64,000 bases of DNA from Podarcis tiliguerta (taxonomy: Eukaryota). Numbering within the stretch: the first letter of the stretch is position 1; each line of letters starts with the position of its first letter. Location: assembly GCA_965153285.1 (NCBI GenBank), contig OZ229116.1. The stretch is one strand, 5' to 3'. Under the pieces are notes generated by a model. The model saw only the letters and a program-made list of their open reading frames with translations. It was not told the origin of the DNA and made no database searches. A program made the position numbers and the translations under genes. Shown piece after piece: positions 11,354-25,282 of the stretch.

Positions 11354-13798
11354 CTCAGAGGGCACCAGAAGCCTCTTATTTGTGCTTATTAGCTGGTTAT
11401 ATATTGCAGGGTCACATCTTGTGATAGTGCTCTGGCGGCTCCCCATAGGGCTGGGAGCAAAGGGCATTTTGTACAGAAGTTCACTCTGGCGAGAGTCCGT
11501 GGTGAGGACCTGCTGGTAGAAGTTTGGAGGAGTAAATCCACTCCGCACAGTGTCTATGTGGTTGAAAGGCCCCGGGGTTCTATAAAGGGAGCTTCTGGAG
11601 GCTTTGAATATATCCTTGGATTGCCTCCACTTGTAAAATTTATAAATCCCCACCCCAACCACGGTGACAAAGAAGGCCACTGAGATCAAGATGACAGCAA
11701 TGATTAAATAGAAAGTCAAGTGCTTCTTTGTTTGGGGTGTAGTGGACACAGCAGTCAAGTCTGTCAGTGTCTCCCTAGATGTCTCTGCTACATCTACAGC
11801 AAGGGTCACTGTGGAGGACAAGGCAGGCTCCCCATTGTCTTTTATTAAGATGAGCAATGTTTGCTTGCGAGAATCTTCCTCTTGCAGAGAACGAGCTGTG
11901 CTTATCTCCCCAGAATGCAGCCCCACAGTGAACAGCCCTGGGTCAGTGACCTGAAGGAAGGAATAGGAGAGCCAGGCATTGTAACCAGAATCTGCATCCC
12001 AGGCCACAATTTTTGTGACCATGTAACCAGGGCTGACTGTGGGTGAGATGACTTCTGAGAGCGAAGAGCTGTTGTTTGAGTTTGGGTATAAGAGCCTGGG
12101 TGCATTGTCATTCTGATCTGTGACAAAAACATTGACAGTGATGTTAGTGGCGAGAGGCGGGAGGCCAGCATCACGAACCTGGACCACTAGCCTGAACTCC
12201 ATGGTGCCCTCATGGTCCAAGGGGACTAGGACATATATGCTGCCATTTTCCCGGTTAATAGAAAAATACCTGCCCGCCAAGTCTCCCGAGGACATGGGAC
12301 TATCCAGGATGGAGTAGGAAAGGTGGGAATTCCGGTTCAGATCCGGGTCAGAGGCACTGATGTTAAAGATCAGGGTCCCTGGAAGGTTGTTTTCCTCCAC
12401 ATACACATCATAGGAGGATTGTGGAAATTTAGGAGGGTTGTCATTTACATCAGATACTTTAACCAGTATTTGCTTTTCTGCCATGAGTGAGGGTGTGCCT
12501 GCATCCTGAGCTGTGATGGTGATGTTGTACTCAGAGACAAGTTCCCTGTCCAAGGGTCCTTTGGTCTGTAAGGTATAATAGTTTTTAAGGGAAGAGCTGA
12601 GGGCAAAAGGGATCCCAGAAGGTATAAAGCAATTTACTAGGCCATTATCACCAGAGTCCTGATCCGTGACACTCAGCAACGCAATCACAGTCCCCGGAGC
12701 CGCGTCTTCTGGTATTGGGCTGTACACCGACGTCACTGTTATTTCTGGGGTGTTGTCGTTCACATCCACAATCTCTACCAGCACTTTGCAATGAGCGACA
12801 CCAGGATTTGAACCCTTATCTTTTGCCTGGATATAAATCTCATAAAATTTGGCTTCTTCAAAATCCAGCAACCCCTTCAGCCTCAGTTCTCCAGTGGCAG
12901 AGTCTAGGGCAAAGAGCTGTCGGATTCTGGCAGGGGTGTGACTGCTGAAAGAGTACACAATCTCCCCATTGGGGCCTTCATCCAGGTCGAAAGCTCTGGT
13001 TTGGACAACCAGGGTGTTCAAGGGTGTGTCTTCTTTCAGGCTGGCTCTGTAGATGGACTGGTTGAAGACAGGGGCGTTGTCATTTGCATCCAGGACGTCA
13101 ACCAGCACCTGCAAGCTGGCCGATCGGGGTGGGGTCCCTCCATCCATCGCCGTGAGAACCAGCTGCACTTCCCGCTGCTGCTCCCGGTCCAGCTCTTTCT
13201 CCAGCACCAGCTCCGCATACTTCGTCCCGTCGCCTCGCGTCTGCACGTCCAGCACGAAGTGCGGGTTGGCGCTGAGCTGGTAGGTCTGCAGAGAGTTGCT
13301 TCCCACGTCGGGGTCCTGCGCGCTCTCCAAGGGGAAACGCGCTCCGGGGGTCACCGACTCGCTGATCTCCAGCTTCATCTGCTTGCTCTGGAAAGCCGGG
13401 TCGTTGTCGTTGACGTCCTGGATCTCCACGGTCACGCCGTACAGCACCAGCGGGCTCTCGGCCACCACCTCCAGGCTCAGCGCGCACGGCGAGAGGGCCC
13501 CGCAAAGTTCCTCGCGGTCGATGCGCTCGCTCACCAGCAACTTCCCGCTGCCCAGGTCCACCTCGAAGTACTTTCGTCCGCCGCCCGACACCACGCGGAG
13601 GTTCCTGGCGGGCAGCTGGGCGAGATCCAGGCCCAGGTCGCCCACCACGTTGCCCACCGAAGAGCCCCTGGGCATCTCCTCGGGGATGGCGTAGCGCGTG
13701 GCGGCGAGCGCCCGCTCCGAGACGCCCAGCCACAGCCAGAAGCCCACGACGGGCAGCCATCGCGCTCTCGGCCGGCTCCTTCCCGCGGCGCCTCTCAT
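11354..13798 (-). CDS. PCDHGC3: Protocadherin gamma C3 variable exon
   Basis: Within ORF 11285..13813. ATG at 13798. Six EC repeats. C3-diagnostic cytoplasmic stretch YKWRQSKDIFKASRSSLYRTPGP...LTTDSR...SRQSTITRCDP. Donor GAG|GTAATG at 11354/11353, 815 codons. Confidence 0.95.
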
Positions 13799-14560
13799 CT
13801 CCCGGCCTCGCAAAGTTTCTCTCTTTTCGCGGGAGCGGCGGGGAGGTCCCTCTAAAAGTTTTCAGCCGTCCCTTCCATGCGGCCGCGACCCTGCCCGGTC
13901 CAGGCTCGCCTCGCGCGGACTTTGGGGGTCGGGCATTGCTCGGCGGCGCGGCGCTCCGGCGGCGGGACTGCGCTCCGTCTGTTGCTGGCGCTCAACTCGC
14001 GGCGGCGGCGGCGGCGGCAGCGTCCCACTTCGCGCTGCTTCGCCGCCAGCATCGCCGGGTCAACAGCGGCGCGCAGAGTCGCGACCATTAACTGCAGGAG
14101 AGGCCGCTCCCGCTCCGCCTCCCCGGCTCGCCGCCGGGACTCCGAGGCACGAGGCGCACGGCTCCATCCAAGCTGGGCCGGCGGGGCCCGCTGACTTCTT
14201 TTTTTTGGGGGGGGCGTGGGTGTTCCTCGGTGAAAGGCTTGTGGAGGCTGCCCCCGGGGCTGCACAGCCCTCCCCGCTCTGCCGCCGCGAGAAGGAGCGA
14301 AGGGAAGCGCGGACCGAGGAGGCAGCAAGGGCGCATTGTTCTCGCTGGGGAGCGTGGAGGAAGCGCTGGACCCCGGACGCTTCCGAGGGATCGGGAGAGA
14401 GATGCCTGCCTGCCTCCGGTGCCTCCGCCTCTGGCTCCCTCGCTTACGCTCTCCCGGCGTGGCGGCTCCGTGGGGCAGCCCAGTGCTCCCCATGCACGGC
14501 ACTGCTCAGGGAGAACCCACAAGCCCCCCAAGGCGGCGTAAGCTTCCCCTCTCCCTCTGC
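13100..14560. promoter_or_regulatory. CpG island over the PCDHGC3 promoter and 5' part of the exon
   Basis: Very high GC and CpG density against AT-rich flanks, with a (GGC)n run at about 13999-14018. Confidence 0.9.
14060..14096 (-). promoter_or_regulatory. CSE / CTCF site of the PCDHGC3 promoter
   Basis: Minus strand TGCAGTTAATGGTCGCGACTCTGCGCGCCGCTGTTGA: TGCAGT upstream module plus CGCT box, same spacing as the other promoters. Confidence 0.8.
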
Positions 14561-15299
14561 TCCCCAATCTGCTGCCCAAAGGGAAAGGGGTGAGCAGGAA
14601 GATGGCAGGTTATTTTATTATGATTTTGTTACAGGAATTTCTATACTAACCTTCATTGTGTGTGCGTGTGCATGGATTAAAGTACAGGCAATATACAGCA
14701 GAACAGTAATAAAAGCCAGGGATCTTATGCAAGCAAGCAAAGAATCCACACAGGGCTAAAATCAGCTCTAAAAGGGCTGGGGAAATGGAAAAGTCTACCT
14801 GGTGCTGGAAGGATGACAAAATAGGTACCAAGTGGACCCCTCTACAGATTGCACTTCACAACGGAGGCACCACCACTGAGAAGGCCCTTTCTTTGGGGAG
14901 CAGCTGACTTGTTTCAGTTTGTGGGGCCGCCCCCAGAAGACGTTCTGTTGAAGTTCTGAATGTCTCGGCTGACACAAAGTATCCTGGGTCCTAAGCTGGA
15001 AAAGGCTTTAAGAGTCAACGCCAGCACTTGGGTTCAGAAATTGGAAGCTAATGCAACTGGCATATAGCACCAATGTTACATTATCCTAATAAGCCTACCT
15101 CAGTTGGTGATCCAGCAGCTGCATTCTGAACTCGCAGCAATTTCCAAGCCATATTTCAGAGGCAGCCCCACAGAGAGTATATCACAGTAGTCTAACCTGG
15201 TACAGCATAATCAGTCACAAGACACACACACACCATTTCAATGACAATGCCTTTGAGGGGCCCAGTCCCCTCAAATATTTTAGGGGAGACTAAGGGACC

Positions 15300-15647
15300 G
15301 CTGTGGGTAAAAGCCTCAGCGCCTAGGGCTTGCCGATCGAAAGGTCGGCGGTTCGAATCCCCGTGGCGGGGTGCGCTCCCGTTGTTCGGTCCCAGCGCCT
15401 GCCAACCTAGCAGTTTGAAAGCACTCCCGGGTGCAAGTAGATAAATAGGGACCGCTTACTAGTGGGAAGGTAAAGGGCGTTCCGTGTGCGGCTCTGGCTC
15501 GCCAGAGCAGCGATGTCACGCTGGCCATGTGACCCGGAAGTGTCTCCAGACAGCGCTGGCCCCCGGCCTCTTGAGTGAGATGGGCGCACAACCCTAGAGT
15601 CTGTCAAGACTGGCCTGTACGGGCAGGGGTACCTTTACCTTTACCTT
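15300..15647 (+). mobile_element. Sauria SINE (5' end clipped)
   Basis: B-box GGTTCGAATCC, Sauria SINE body, (ACCTTT)n tail, TSD TAAGGGACC at 15291-15299 and 15648-15656. Homologous to 32598-32949. Confidence 0.9.
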
Positions 15648-16140
15648 TAAGGGACCTCAGTCCATAGGAGTTGGCTCCTATGAACCTGGAAGTTATCAGA
15701 GTACAGATCATTGATGCTAAGCTAAACTTACAATTGCTGCTTGCTCTCAACTCTCTGCTACACTGGCCAGAGACAGAAGGTGAGGGGACCTGGGGAAGTA
15801 GTGTCTGCTCCTCTCACTTGCCTTTGCTCTCGCCATAGATGGTGGGGTTTGGCTCCACAGGGAGAGCACAGGCAAAGTGCAGAAGCAACCATCACCCTGC
15901 ACCAAAGCTTGCTTAGCTCTCTCTCTCTCTCTCTCTTAGGAGTATGGCAAGAAGGTTTAGGCCAGTGATCATAACAAGGAGAAGCCACTGCTGCTTCAGT
16001 TTGCTCACCTGGAAACCCCACCCTAGAAGAGAATGAGTGGGAGCCAGGGCATGAGACAGTCTAAAGAAGTCACCTCAGGTGGTGGAATCCCTGCAGAGAC
16101 GCCCCCCGCCCCCCCCATTGCCACCAGAGTAGTGAGGAGA

Positions 16141-16382
16141 AGAAGAAGAGTTTGGATTTGATATCCCGCTTTATCACTACCCGAAGAAGTCTCAAAGCGG
16201 CTCACATTCTCCTTTCCCTTCCTCCCCCACAACAAACCCTCTGTGAGGTGAGTGGGGCTGAGAGACTTCAGAGAAGTGTGACTGGCCCAAGGTCACCCAG
16301 CAGCTGCATATGGAGGAGTGGGGAAGCAAACCCGGTTCCCCAGATTGCAAGACTACTGCTCTTAACCACTACACCACACTGT
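16141..16382 (-). mobile_element. tRNA-derived squamate SINE (Squam3/CORE-like)
   Basis: Minus strand starts CAGTGTGGTGTAGTGGTTAAGAGC (A box), followed by a degenerate B box, a CORE-like TGGGTGACCTTGGGCCAGTCAC segment and a (CTT)n tail. Confidence 0.8.
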
Positions 16383-17665
16383 GGCGGCAGTGTCTTCCAA
16401 GTTCCAGTGAGGTATCGCAAGAGCCCACAGAGGCCTCCGGAGGCCTTCTCATGGGGCTCTCTCTAGAGCAATGCCAGATTAGGCAGTGCAAGCAGGTCTC
16501 TTGTACAGGGCTCTGAGCCAAGGGGGTGCAAAATAATAATAATAATAATAATAATACATTTATTTATATGGGTTCCTACTAAGAATATCAGTAAAAAATA
16601 CAAAAAGGAATTATTGTGAAGATAAGAAATATTCTTTTCTTGGGAGTGGGGTGGAGAGACACCCCCCAAATTTTGTACTTGCTCAGGGCACCATATTATC
16701 AAAGTCCACCCCTGGCTGGAACCCAGAAGCCACATCTACACAACCCCATAAGTGAGCCTTGGGTGGGGCAGCAGGTGGCACATATGTAGGGGCAAAATGA
16801 GATGGGCCACCTCTGGTGGAGGCCTGTACTTGCTTGCTTACCCTTCCTCTTGATCTAGATGGCACAATGGGGAGGATTGGCTCCAATCTCCAGCATTGCA
16901 CCATCCCACAGAGTGCAGGGGAGTTAATGAAAGGAAGAGGAGGCTGCTTCTGATATGAGCAACCACTTCCACATTTCTGCTCTGAGTTTGGACACTGTGA
17001 AGACTGGGGCAGCCAAGCTGCACCAGCTAGAGACTGCAAGTAGTCACAGAGTCGTCCTTCTCAGATAAGGGGGATTAGAACAGCCAAGTCTCAGGATGCT
17101 TCCTTTTCTAGCTTTGTGACTATGGGACAGGAATAGTAGTTATTCCAGATGAATGAACCTGAAGTAAAAAGGACGCAAATTTGGTGTTATGTGATACAAG
17201 CCATTAAACAGTGTTGGGAGGTACACTGATGTATGTTTACCAACAATTTCTAGGATGGAGCAGTGCTTAAGCTGAGCCCTTCCCTTCTTCAGCTGCAGCT
17301 AAATCATAGATTTACCCTTCAAGGGGTTGAGCAACAGTCTTGAAGCATTGCTCCTGCCCCTGCTTGCTCCTACCTGCTCACTCCTGCATCTCTACCCACC
17401 CTGTTCAACTGGCCAGCGCTCAAGGCAACTGATCACCTACCTATCCTGCTTCCCTGCCAATGGGAGTTCTTAGCAGCTGGTATTGGAAACATTATACACA
17501 TCCCGTTTATGATCACAGGTAGCTGTTTCCATTATGCAACAGTAGAGTGCCTATCAGTTAAATAATTGCTGGAATATGTAAAACTGGCTGACAGTGTATC
17601 AGACCATTAGCCCATCATTGACTACTCTAACAGGCAGCAAGTCAAAGACCTTGGGAGAACATCTT

Positions 17666-17740
17666 TCATAGAATCAAAGAATTGTAGAGCTGGAAGGGAC
17701 CCAAATGGTCATCTAGTCCAACCCCCTGCAAAGCAGGAGC
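17666..17740 (-). mobile_element. CR1-type 3' end fragment
   Basis: CATAGAATC...GAGCTGGAAGGGACCC...CATCTAGTCCAACCCCCTGC, matching the CR1 3' terminus seen at 44211 and 58711. Confidence 0.7.
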
Positions 17741-19803
17741 CACAATAACCTCTTCAGCTGGCAGTGGGAGGAATAGGAATGGAGGACCTTCCATATAAAA
17801 AGTACCAAAGACTCAATATTTCTTCCTATCCACCAGCAGGAAAACCAGGAAAGTTGGACTTTGGTCAGATGAAATGTCTGTTCAGGGATGCTTTTTTATA
17901 GACTTGAAGAAAGCAAGTTTGTACTGAATCTTAGGCTTAATGTGATACTCTTCCAAATCCCACTTTAACAGAATTTCCCACCAAAGGCCTAGCTTCTAAA
18001 GAACAAAATTAAATGGCCAGAAAATGGCATGGGCGTTAATGCCAATGCTAAATACAGGAATGGAGAAGCTTCTTCATAAACATTAATAGCGCAGAAAATG
18101 GAGCTGAAAGACAGATTATTTGAAGTGCAGCAATTTCATAAGGCACATTGAAGGATGGACAGTTCAAAGATATAAAGTCTGAAAATCAATTGAGGCTGCA
18201 CCATGTTAATGGTGTAAAAGAGGCTGTGTCTGTGGGCATTCCACACCACACTGGACAGTACCAGAATGACTGGTATTTTCACATATTCTCCCTTTTTAAA
18301 CATTCTCTCACTCTCTTCTTCTGCTTTAAACAACAAACAAAAAACTGTCCACCTTCTGACCCAAATAAGAACCCCCAAGGTGGCATACGCTTAAAAGGAT
18401 GAAATGTACACCCAGCATAATACAACAGAGAGAGCACAGAAAGCACGCGAAAAGAACAGAATGGTGCAGCAGGGGGTAAACATTCAGCACAGAGGAAATG
18501 TTAATGCTAACAGCTCGGCTATCCAAGTTCCATGACAAGGCAAAAATGTTACTTTCCCCCCACAAGGCCACTAGATAAGACTTTTTGCAGCGGATGTGCT
18601 TCCATGTACCCCAGCCTGTTGATTCTGAATTGAAGGTCAACAACAATGGAAAAAATTAGCAAGCAATAGTGATAGCATATGGCTAGCCAAACTGAGAATT
18701 CAATGGGAGATCTGTGATTGGATCACCCCATACACTTTGCTTTTCCTAGTTTGGATCAGTGCCACAGAATGGGAGCAAGACCTAAAAATCTTTATTGTGG
18801 CCTTATGGCTCTACTCAAACTTGCCTTCCTGGAACTGCTGTATTATGACAGCATGCTTTCCCCCTCTTTGGCTACTGGCAGCTTGGCTACTGGCCCTGAT
18901 CCAAATGTCCCCACCCCACCCCCGCTGACCTAGGCCAGTAAATTTATTGGTGACAACCAGTCACAGTCCTACCACACTGCGAGCAAACGCTAAGCATCTG
19001 ATTCCCATCACCACTGCAGCGAGGTCTATGCAGGCCTATCCTTAAAGCCACAGCAGAACCATGTGGCTTGTCTCCTGAAAAGGAACAAGGCCCTTCAGTT
19101 CTGTCTCAGTTGCCCTAGGCACTGTTTGCTTGCAAGATAAATGCTAGGTCTTTTCTTTAAAGCACCACTGTGGGGCACCTATACTATTTAACCCCTTACC
19201 AAGGAAGCCCCTTCATGAGTGCCCCATATATATTTGTTCCAAAAGGCCTTTGTTGGCAGCTGGCACTGCAGTTTTGGTTAGCAGCCTTACTGCCACGCAC
19301 ACTCTCTGCTTTTATTGGCCATTGCTCTTACTTTTGCATTGTTTTTATGACTATGCTTATTGCAGGAGCTGTGGCTTATGCTGAGGGGTTTTATTGTCTG
19401 CATTATGACAGGTTGCTGCCGCTGCTGCTGCTGTGACTTGGATTATTTATTCTATTTTTTTGGTGCTGTTTTCATATTGTAAATTACTAATGTAAGAACA
19501 ACAACAATTCCAACCAGTGCTGCTCACAAACCTTTGAACTGAGCCAAATTCTTCATCAGGCTACTTTTTATGTTTCTGAATGAGACGCATAGTGTTGATC
19601 TCTGACTGCAATTTATTTCAGTCTTAATTGAGAAATAGAGGATGTGTGTGTGTGTGTGTTTTACAGTCTTGAATGGACCTTTGCCTTCTGCAAATGTATC
19701 AGGTTGCATAGAAGGCAAAGAAGTAACGGAGGAACACCTACTGAAAATATAACAAGTTGCTAGCCCTGGAGGAAATTTATATCAGGAAAACACCACAGGC
19801 TAA

Positions 19804-20970
19804 AATATCCTTCCATATTCTATGGGTCATTAGACTAAAATCAGTCATGTTAAAAGGTCTGTGTGGGTGTGCAGCAAATATCCTTTGGAAACATATGCTT
19901 GAGGAATATCCCAAATCTGATGCAACCATGCAAATCTATTCATGATTAGCTCTTGACTTCTTACCTAGTCTCTCCGGATTGTGTGAGAGAGAGCCTCCTG
20001 GGTGACAAGCAAGCTTCTACCTACGTACAGCTTCTCCCTGATATATGCAGCTGGTAGCAGGGAGGAGCGCACTATTTTCTGCCCTGCAAGGGATCTTTGC
20101 CTTTGCTTTTTCCTATGGAGACATGAGCCCCACCTCAGCACTCACAAATGACATTTCTTTCACAATTTAAAGTGGGTTTTCATTGTCTTCTTTCTAAAAA
20201 TAGTGTCAATCATATCTATTTTATTAATATTTTTGTGATTTATGAACAGCTTTTTGGCCACACAGAGGCAAATTTTAACAACCTCAAGATTATTTAGAAG
20301 GAAATGATAAAACCAAAATTTCGAACGAATTCTAAAGACACTGTAATATGCAGTAGAATCAGTCTTAGAAAAAATTAAGCACTTTGGATGGGAAAGGTAA
20401 GCGTATGTTTAATCTCTCCGACTGAAGTCAAAATAAGGTTGCCTCTGTAGCCTTATCTGTCAGGTTTTCCTGGATTCTAGACATGCCACCCATTGTCTGC
20501 TTGAATCCTTAACTGGCCATGTTTCCCAAATTCCAATTTAAAATAAAGAAACAAGTCTCTAGTCCTCATTGAATGGGGTTCTGGCTCTGGCGTGGGTGGC
20601 TTAGGCTCTGCGAAGGGGGAGAGGCTATCTGGTTATTGCCCTGAAATGCTCAACAACTTTTTGTGTCCGGATTTTTACCTCTTGAAATATGGCCACCCCA
20701 TTATACAACCTTTAGAAGATATCTGAAGGCAGCCCTGCATAGTGAAGTATTTTTTATGTTGTATATGTTTTTATATATATTGGAAGCCGCCAGAGTTGCT
20801 AGGGCAACCCAGTCAATTGTTGTTGTTGTTTTGTTGTTGTTTTGTTGTTGCATCAGATTTGGGATATTCCTCAAGCATATGTTTCCAAAGGATATTTGCT
20901 GCACACCCACACAGACCTTTTAATATGACTGATTTTAGTCTAATGACCCATAGAATATGGAAAGAATATT
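19804..20970. repeat. About 123 bp near-perfect inverted repeat (19804-19926 vs 20847-20970)
   Basis: Direct reverse-complement match with only a few differences and a spacer of about 920 bp. Confidence 0.95.
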
Positions 20971-21993
20971 AAATAGGACGTCCCTATTTTCATCAGAGGT
21001 ATATTGGAGGGTATGACACTAACTTCTTCCCCCCACCACATGAGACAATAGGGGGAGTGCTGTGGGAGGGGGGCGATTTTGATTACAAAAAGAATTAGAA
21101 GGGAGAATGTTAATCACTCCTTCCTCCTAAGTCTCTTTCCTGCAACCAACTTTTAGTCCTTTGAGCGCATTTCCCTAACAAAACAAAATCTTCAGACCAA
21201 ACCACCATGCATACTTTGAGGCTCAGCACATGGTTAAACGTTGCCTTAAAATGATGCAGTATATATCATTAATCTCACCACTGTCGTGCCCCATCATTTT
21301 CCGCTGATGGTTGGATTGGATTTATAGTCATATACATCCCACACAAAATGCAACTCAGAGCACAGCAAAAGTCAGTCTGGTTAACGGTCCCCTCACATCA
21401 ACTACCAGCCAAAAACCTGTTCATAGGAAGTAGTGTCATCACATCCTTTGCCCTCTTGCCTTTTGTGGGCTAAGACCATAGTTCTTAGGCCCACGATTGA
21501 CAAAACCTCTCTCAATAGCTTATATGTAAAGTGCATTATAGCTAGCTTTAAGTGGTTAACAGCCAAATCCTGCATAGATTCTGCACAGGCTGTATGTAGA
21601 TAAGTACATTGAAATTTACGAAACAGGGCCGTAAGGTTGCAATCCTGTGGACATTTACTGTTGGGAGTAAAATCCGTTGCACTTGTGGAGAGAACGACAA
21701 TGGCCTGTTCATGATTGTTTCTTGTTTTCTAAATAACAAGTATAGGAAAGCCCAATCCAGATCGGGGCTGGGAGAGAGAGAAGATTCAAGCCTTTGCTCC
21801 TGTTGTGGCCTGATCCAGATCACTGCCCCCAGCAGCTGTTTACAAATTGATCACCATTGTGTCTATTTTCACCCTTACTTCCAAGTAAACATGTATAGGA
21901 TTAGGCAATTACCCAACTAAAGACTACAATAGTTTCAGAATTACCCTCACCTGGTGGCTTTTTCAATTTTCTAGTTTATCGCTGACCAAGTTA

Positions 21994-22524
21994 CTGTACT
22001 TTTCTGTCTATAAGACGTCCCCTTGTATAAGACACACACCTCCGTTTAAGAAAACGAGGGGAGATGGCCCAAAGTTGTTCAGCCTCTCCCCCCCCCCCAG
22101 CTGTGGGCAGAAAACACTCCCAAGATCATTTCCCACACACAACGGCATTGGGTGAATTTGCGCTCCCTCTAGCCATCCGGTTTGCAGGAGAGCAACCTCC
22201 CCCACTGCCGCCATGCATGGGAAATGATCCAGGGAAATGATCCTGTGCGCAGCAGCATCAGGTGAATTTGCGCTCCCGTCAAAGAGCTGGCTGGCAGCAC
22301 GCTGCTTCTCCCCACCCTGCAGCTGTGGGCAGTAAACACCCCCCCAGATTGCTCCCCGCTCGCTGCAGCATCCCCGGGGGAAGCCGCTCTCCAGCCCACC
22401 GAATGGCTGGCGGCACACTGCCCTTCTCCCCGCTGCCATGCTACTATCCATGTATTGGATGACCTCAGTTTTCTGAAGTGATTTTTGAGTCAAAAACCCT
22501 CGTCCAATACACGGAAAAATACGG
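21994..22524. mobile_element. Tc1/mariner (Tigger-like) non-autonomous element
   Basis: Imperfect TIRs CTGTACTTTTCTGTCTATAAGACG / CGTCCAATACACGGAAAAATACGG with TA flanks. GC-rich interior with internal repeats (GGTGAATTTGCGCTCCC twice, CAGCTGTGGGCAG twice). Confidence 0.75.
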
Positions 22525-24286
22525 TATCTTGTTTTACACCTGTGTGCATAATAATAATTCATAATAAAAATGTTCATTTCCCTGGAACATTCACAAGTCA
22601 GTTGGGGAACCTAAGATCAAGGGTTGCCTTGCTGAATCAAAGCAAAATCCATCTAGATCAGCATTCTGCTGTTAATATCAGAAAGCAAAAACCTCTGCAA
22701 GCTGTCAAGCAAGGAATAGAAATGAAAGGCACCAGCTGTTCCTTTGAGGTATACTGCCTTCATCTATGTAGGTTCAACCATTTTTCATAAAGCAATCTCA
22801 TCACATCTTAGGATGCTGAGTTAATTATTAACTTTGTACAGAAGTATTTTCTTATGTCTGCCTTGAACCGTATGCAGACCACTTCTTTGAAGACCTTGAA
22901 TTATGAGATGAGAGGTAGGGGGGAATTTGCTCTCTGCCCATGCTTTGCATAGTAATAAGAACATAGCCTCAACTGAAGCAATAAAATACATAACCTGTAT
23001 GCCACAATAAACCTCTAAGGTAGTCATTGTGGGTTTTGCTGCAACACACAAAAACTGCTGACATTCTGGAGTAAGCTAGAGAGCAGAACATTTTCTATGT
23101 GAATTCTCAGCTACATAGAAGAGATAATAACAAATATATCAGGAATCCACTAGTTTGCTTTTCATGCCTTTGGTATCAGATCCCATTATTCTTTGCAGAG
23201 TGCTTTTAATTAAACCAACTTGTGATCTTTCAGATGAAGGGTGGTATACAAATTTTAACAACAACAGGCCATTCAGTAAATGCTAATTTACCATTGTAGA
23301 TATAACTTTAGAAATTGGTTGCCTGCAGTTCCTGCCAAAATCTGAGAAGCATTTTAAAACATGCTCAGTCAGAAAGCATCATCCTGTGTTAAGCTGCCAC
23401 TTCTATTTGTCCACTGTTGCAGCAATGGATGACTCACATTTATCTTAAGATCAACTGAGTAACACCCAAACTTGGCTGCCAAATGTTTCCTTTTGCCTGC
23501 CATTTTTAAGTGGCCTGCCTTTATATCAAAAAGTTGGTCCTGATACAAAATCACACATGTGATTTGATGATTCAAGAGAAGCCCATAAAAAGAACATAAT
23601 GTCTTGTGGCACCTCAAAGACTGAAATTTGTTGCCAGAAAACAACAGAGTCTTTTTAAGCCTAGCAAATTTATTATGGCAAAAGTTTTTGTGGGCTAGCG
23701 TCCACCATGAAAGCTTATTCCGCAATACATATGTTAGCTGCCAAAGAATTCTCTTGTTTTCGTACTATGAAGCAAATCAATTGATTCAGCTGAGCCAGAA
23801 CAGAACAGTATGAAACTTGCTGAGAAATTCTAGTACAGCAACTCCAAGCTGGAACTGCCTGTTTAAGCCTTTTTGCCAGAGTATTGTTAATTTTGGGTCA
23901 CCAGCAGGGGATCCTGCTCTTCCACTGAATGTTGCCATTTTTTATATCAGATTTGTGTTCTTTAGTACAAATGGCCTGTTTATGGGCCAGCCTAATACTT
24001 TTTGGCACCTGAGGCAAACCACAAAATGGCACCCCCTCCCTGCCAGGGAAGAAGGGGTGAGTGAATATCTACACCAGGAAAAAGGGAGGAATGAAGATCT
24101 ATTTTGGGATCTGCTGCCCCTGTAGATCCTGCCACCTGAGGCTGTTGCCTCTCCTTGTCTCATGGGTGATCCAGGCCTATTCAGACAAAGGCATTGTTGG
24201 TAATGGTGTTTTATGGGCAGGTGAATGATCTCTGTTGGCATGGCTGATGTTATTAGGTCCTGTCTCCTGCTTGAAACCTTATTTGA

Positions 24287-24365
24287 TAATGATAATGATA
24301 ATTTATACCCCGCCCATCTGGCTGGGTTTTCCCAGCCACTCTGGGCGGCTTCCAACAAAATATTA
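24287..24365 (-). mobile_element. L2-type LINE/SINE 3' end
   Basis: (ATA/GAT)n tail plus TTTATACCCCGCCCATCTGGCTGGG...CTCTGGGCGGCTTCCAACA. Related fragments at about 9380-9430 and 20780-20815. Confidence 0.6.
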
Positions 24366-25246
24366 AAAATATTTTATCACTGCCTCTCCTTTCTCAGTCA
24401 ATTTCCCTAGCTTACAGATGACTTAGTCCTAACAGATGACAAATATTATCTTTAGCAGAGTCAATCCATTCAAATGAGTCTTATGCCTCTTTACAATTCC
24501 TATAATCCAATTTTTAAAAGGCAGAATCACATTTCAAGATTATTATTTTTAAACAGATGCAGTGTGCAGAAGGGAGTAGTAGACACTGATCAGTCTGTAA
24601 GATCTTCTTGATCACAAGGGGATAGATGGATGCTGGATGCACACATACTAAAAAAAAATGGAGATAGGTGCTGCTTCTTAGTATTTGTCCAACCTTTGTG
24701 GAGGAGACGCTCTCTTGGTGTGGAAGATAGAAACATGCAATATCATATCCTATTTATTGCATGCTTTGATCCAACATCTTCCCTCCATCACCCTTGATAG
24801 CCAGTATCCTTGCAAAACCCTATCACTGATCATAACACTTTAAATTCCGTGTTATACAGTTTCACCTGTGTTACAGAATGTAAGTACCATGTGTGCCATA
24901 TACACCATGTTGGAAAAACGAGGGCAGACCTTTGTTACAATTTCAAAAAATCACAAATGAGTAGTCACACACACACAAGCCTTGAAAAACCTGTTGCCAC
25001 CTGCTTAAACGAGCACAGCCTTTCAGATTTGGAAATATAGCCAAAAGGAAAACAAACAAAACTCATGTACTACTCATATTGCATCTGAAGAACTATGCCC
25101 AGCCCTGGACATCACATATTTAGAAGAATTTAGATAAATTGGAACAGGTTCAGAGGAGGGCAGCGTAGATATGGTCCATGGTATAAAAGGCAAGCCCTAT
25201 GACTGGGTATGTTTAGCCTGAAGAAGAGAAGATTGTGACAGTATTC

Positions 25247-25248
<2 letters not shown>

Positions 25249-25279
<31 letters not shown>
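25249..25279. repeat. (CA)n microsatellite
   Basis: About 15 CA units, next to an old CR1-like fragment (about 25080-25245). Confidence 0.9.

Positions 25280-25282
<3 letters not shown>

Noticed and set aside
12938-14759. Long plus-strand and alternative-frame ORFs (305, 353, 220 and 216 aa)
   Set aside because: Stop-poor GC-rich CpG island and antisense shadow of PCDHGC3. Low-complexity R/A/G/P translations with no recognisable domain.
22008-22577. 189-aa ORF
   Set aside because: Lies within a MITE and has no transposase motifs
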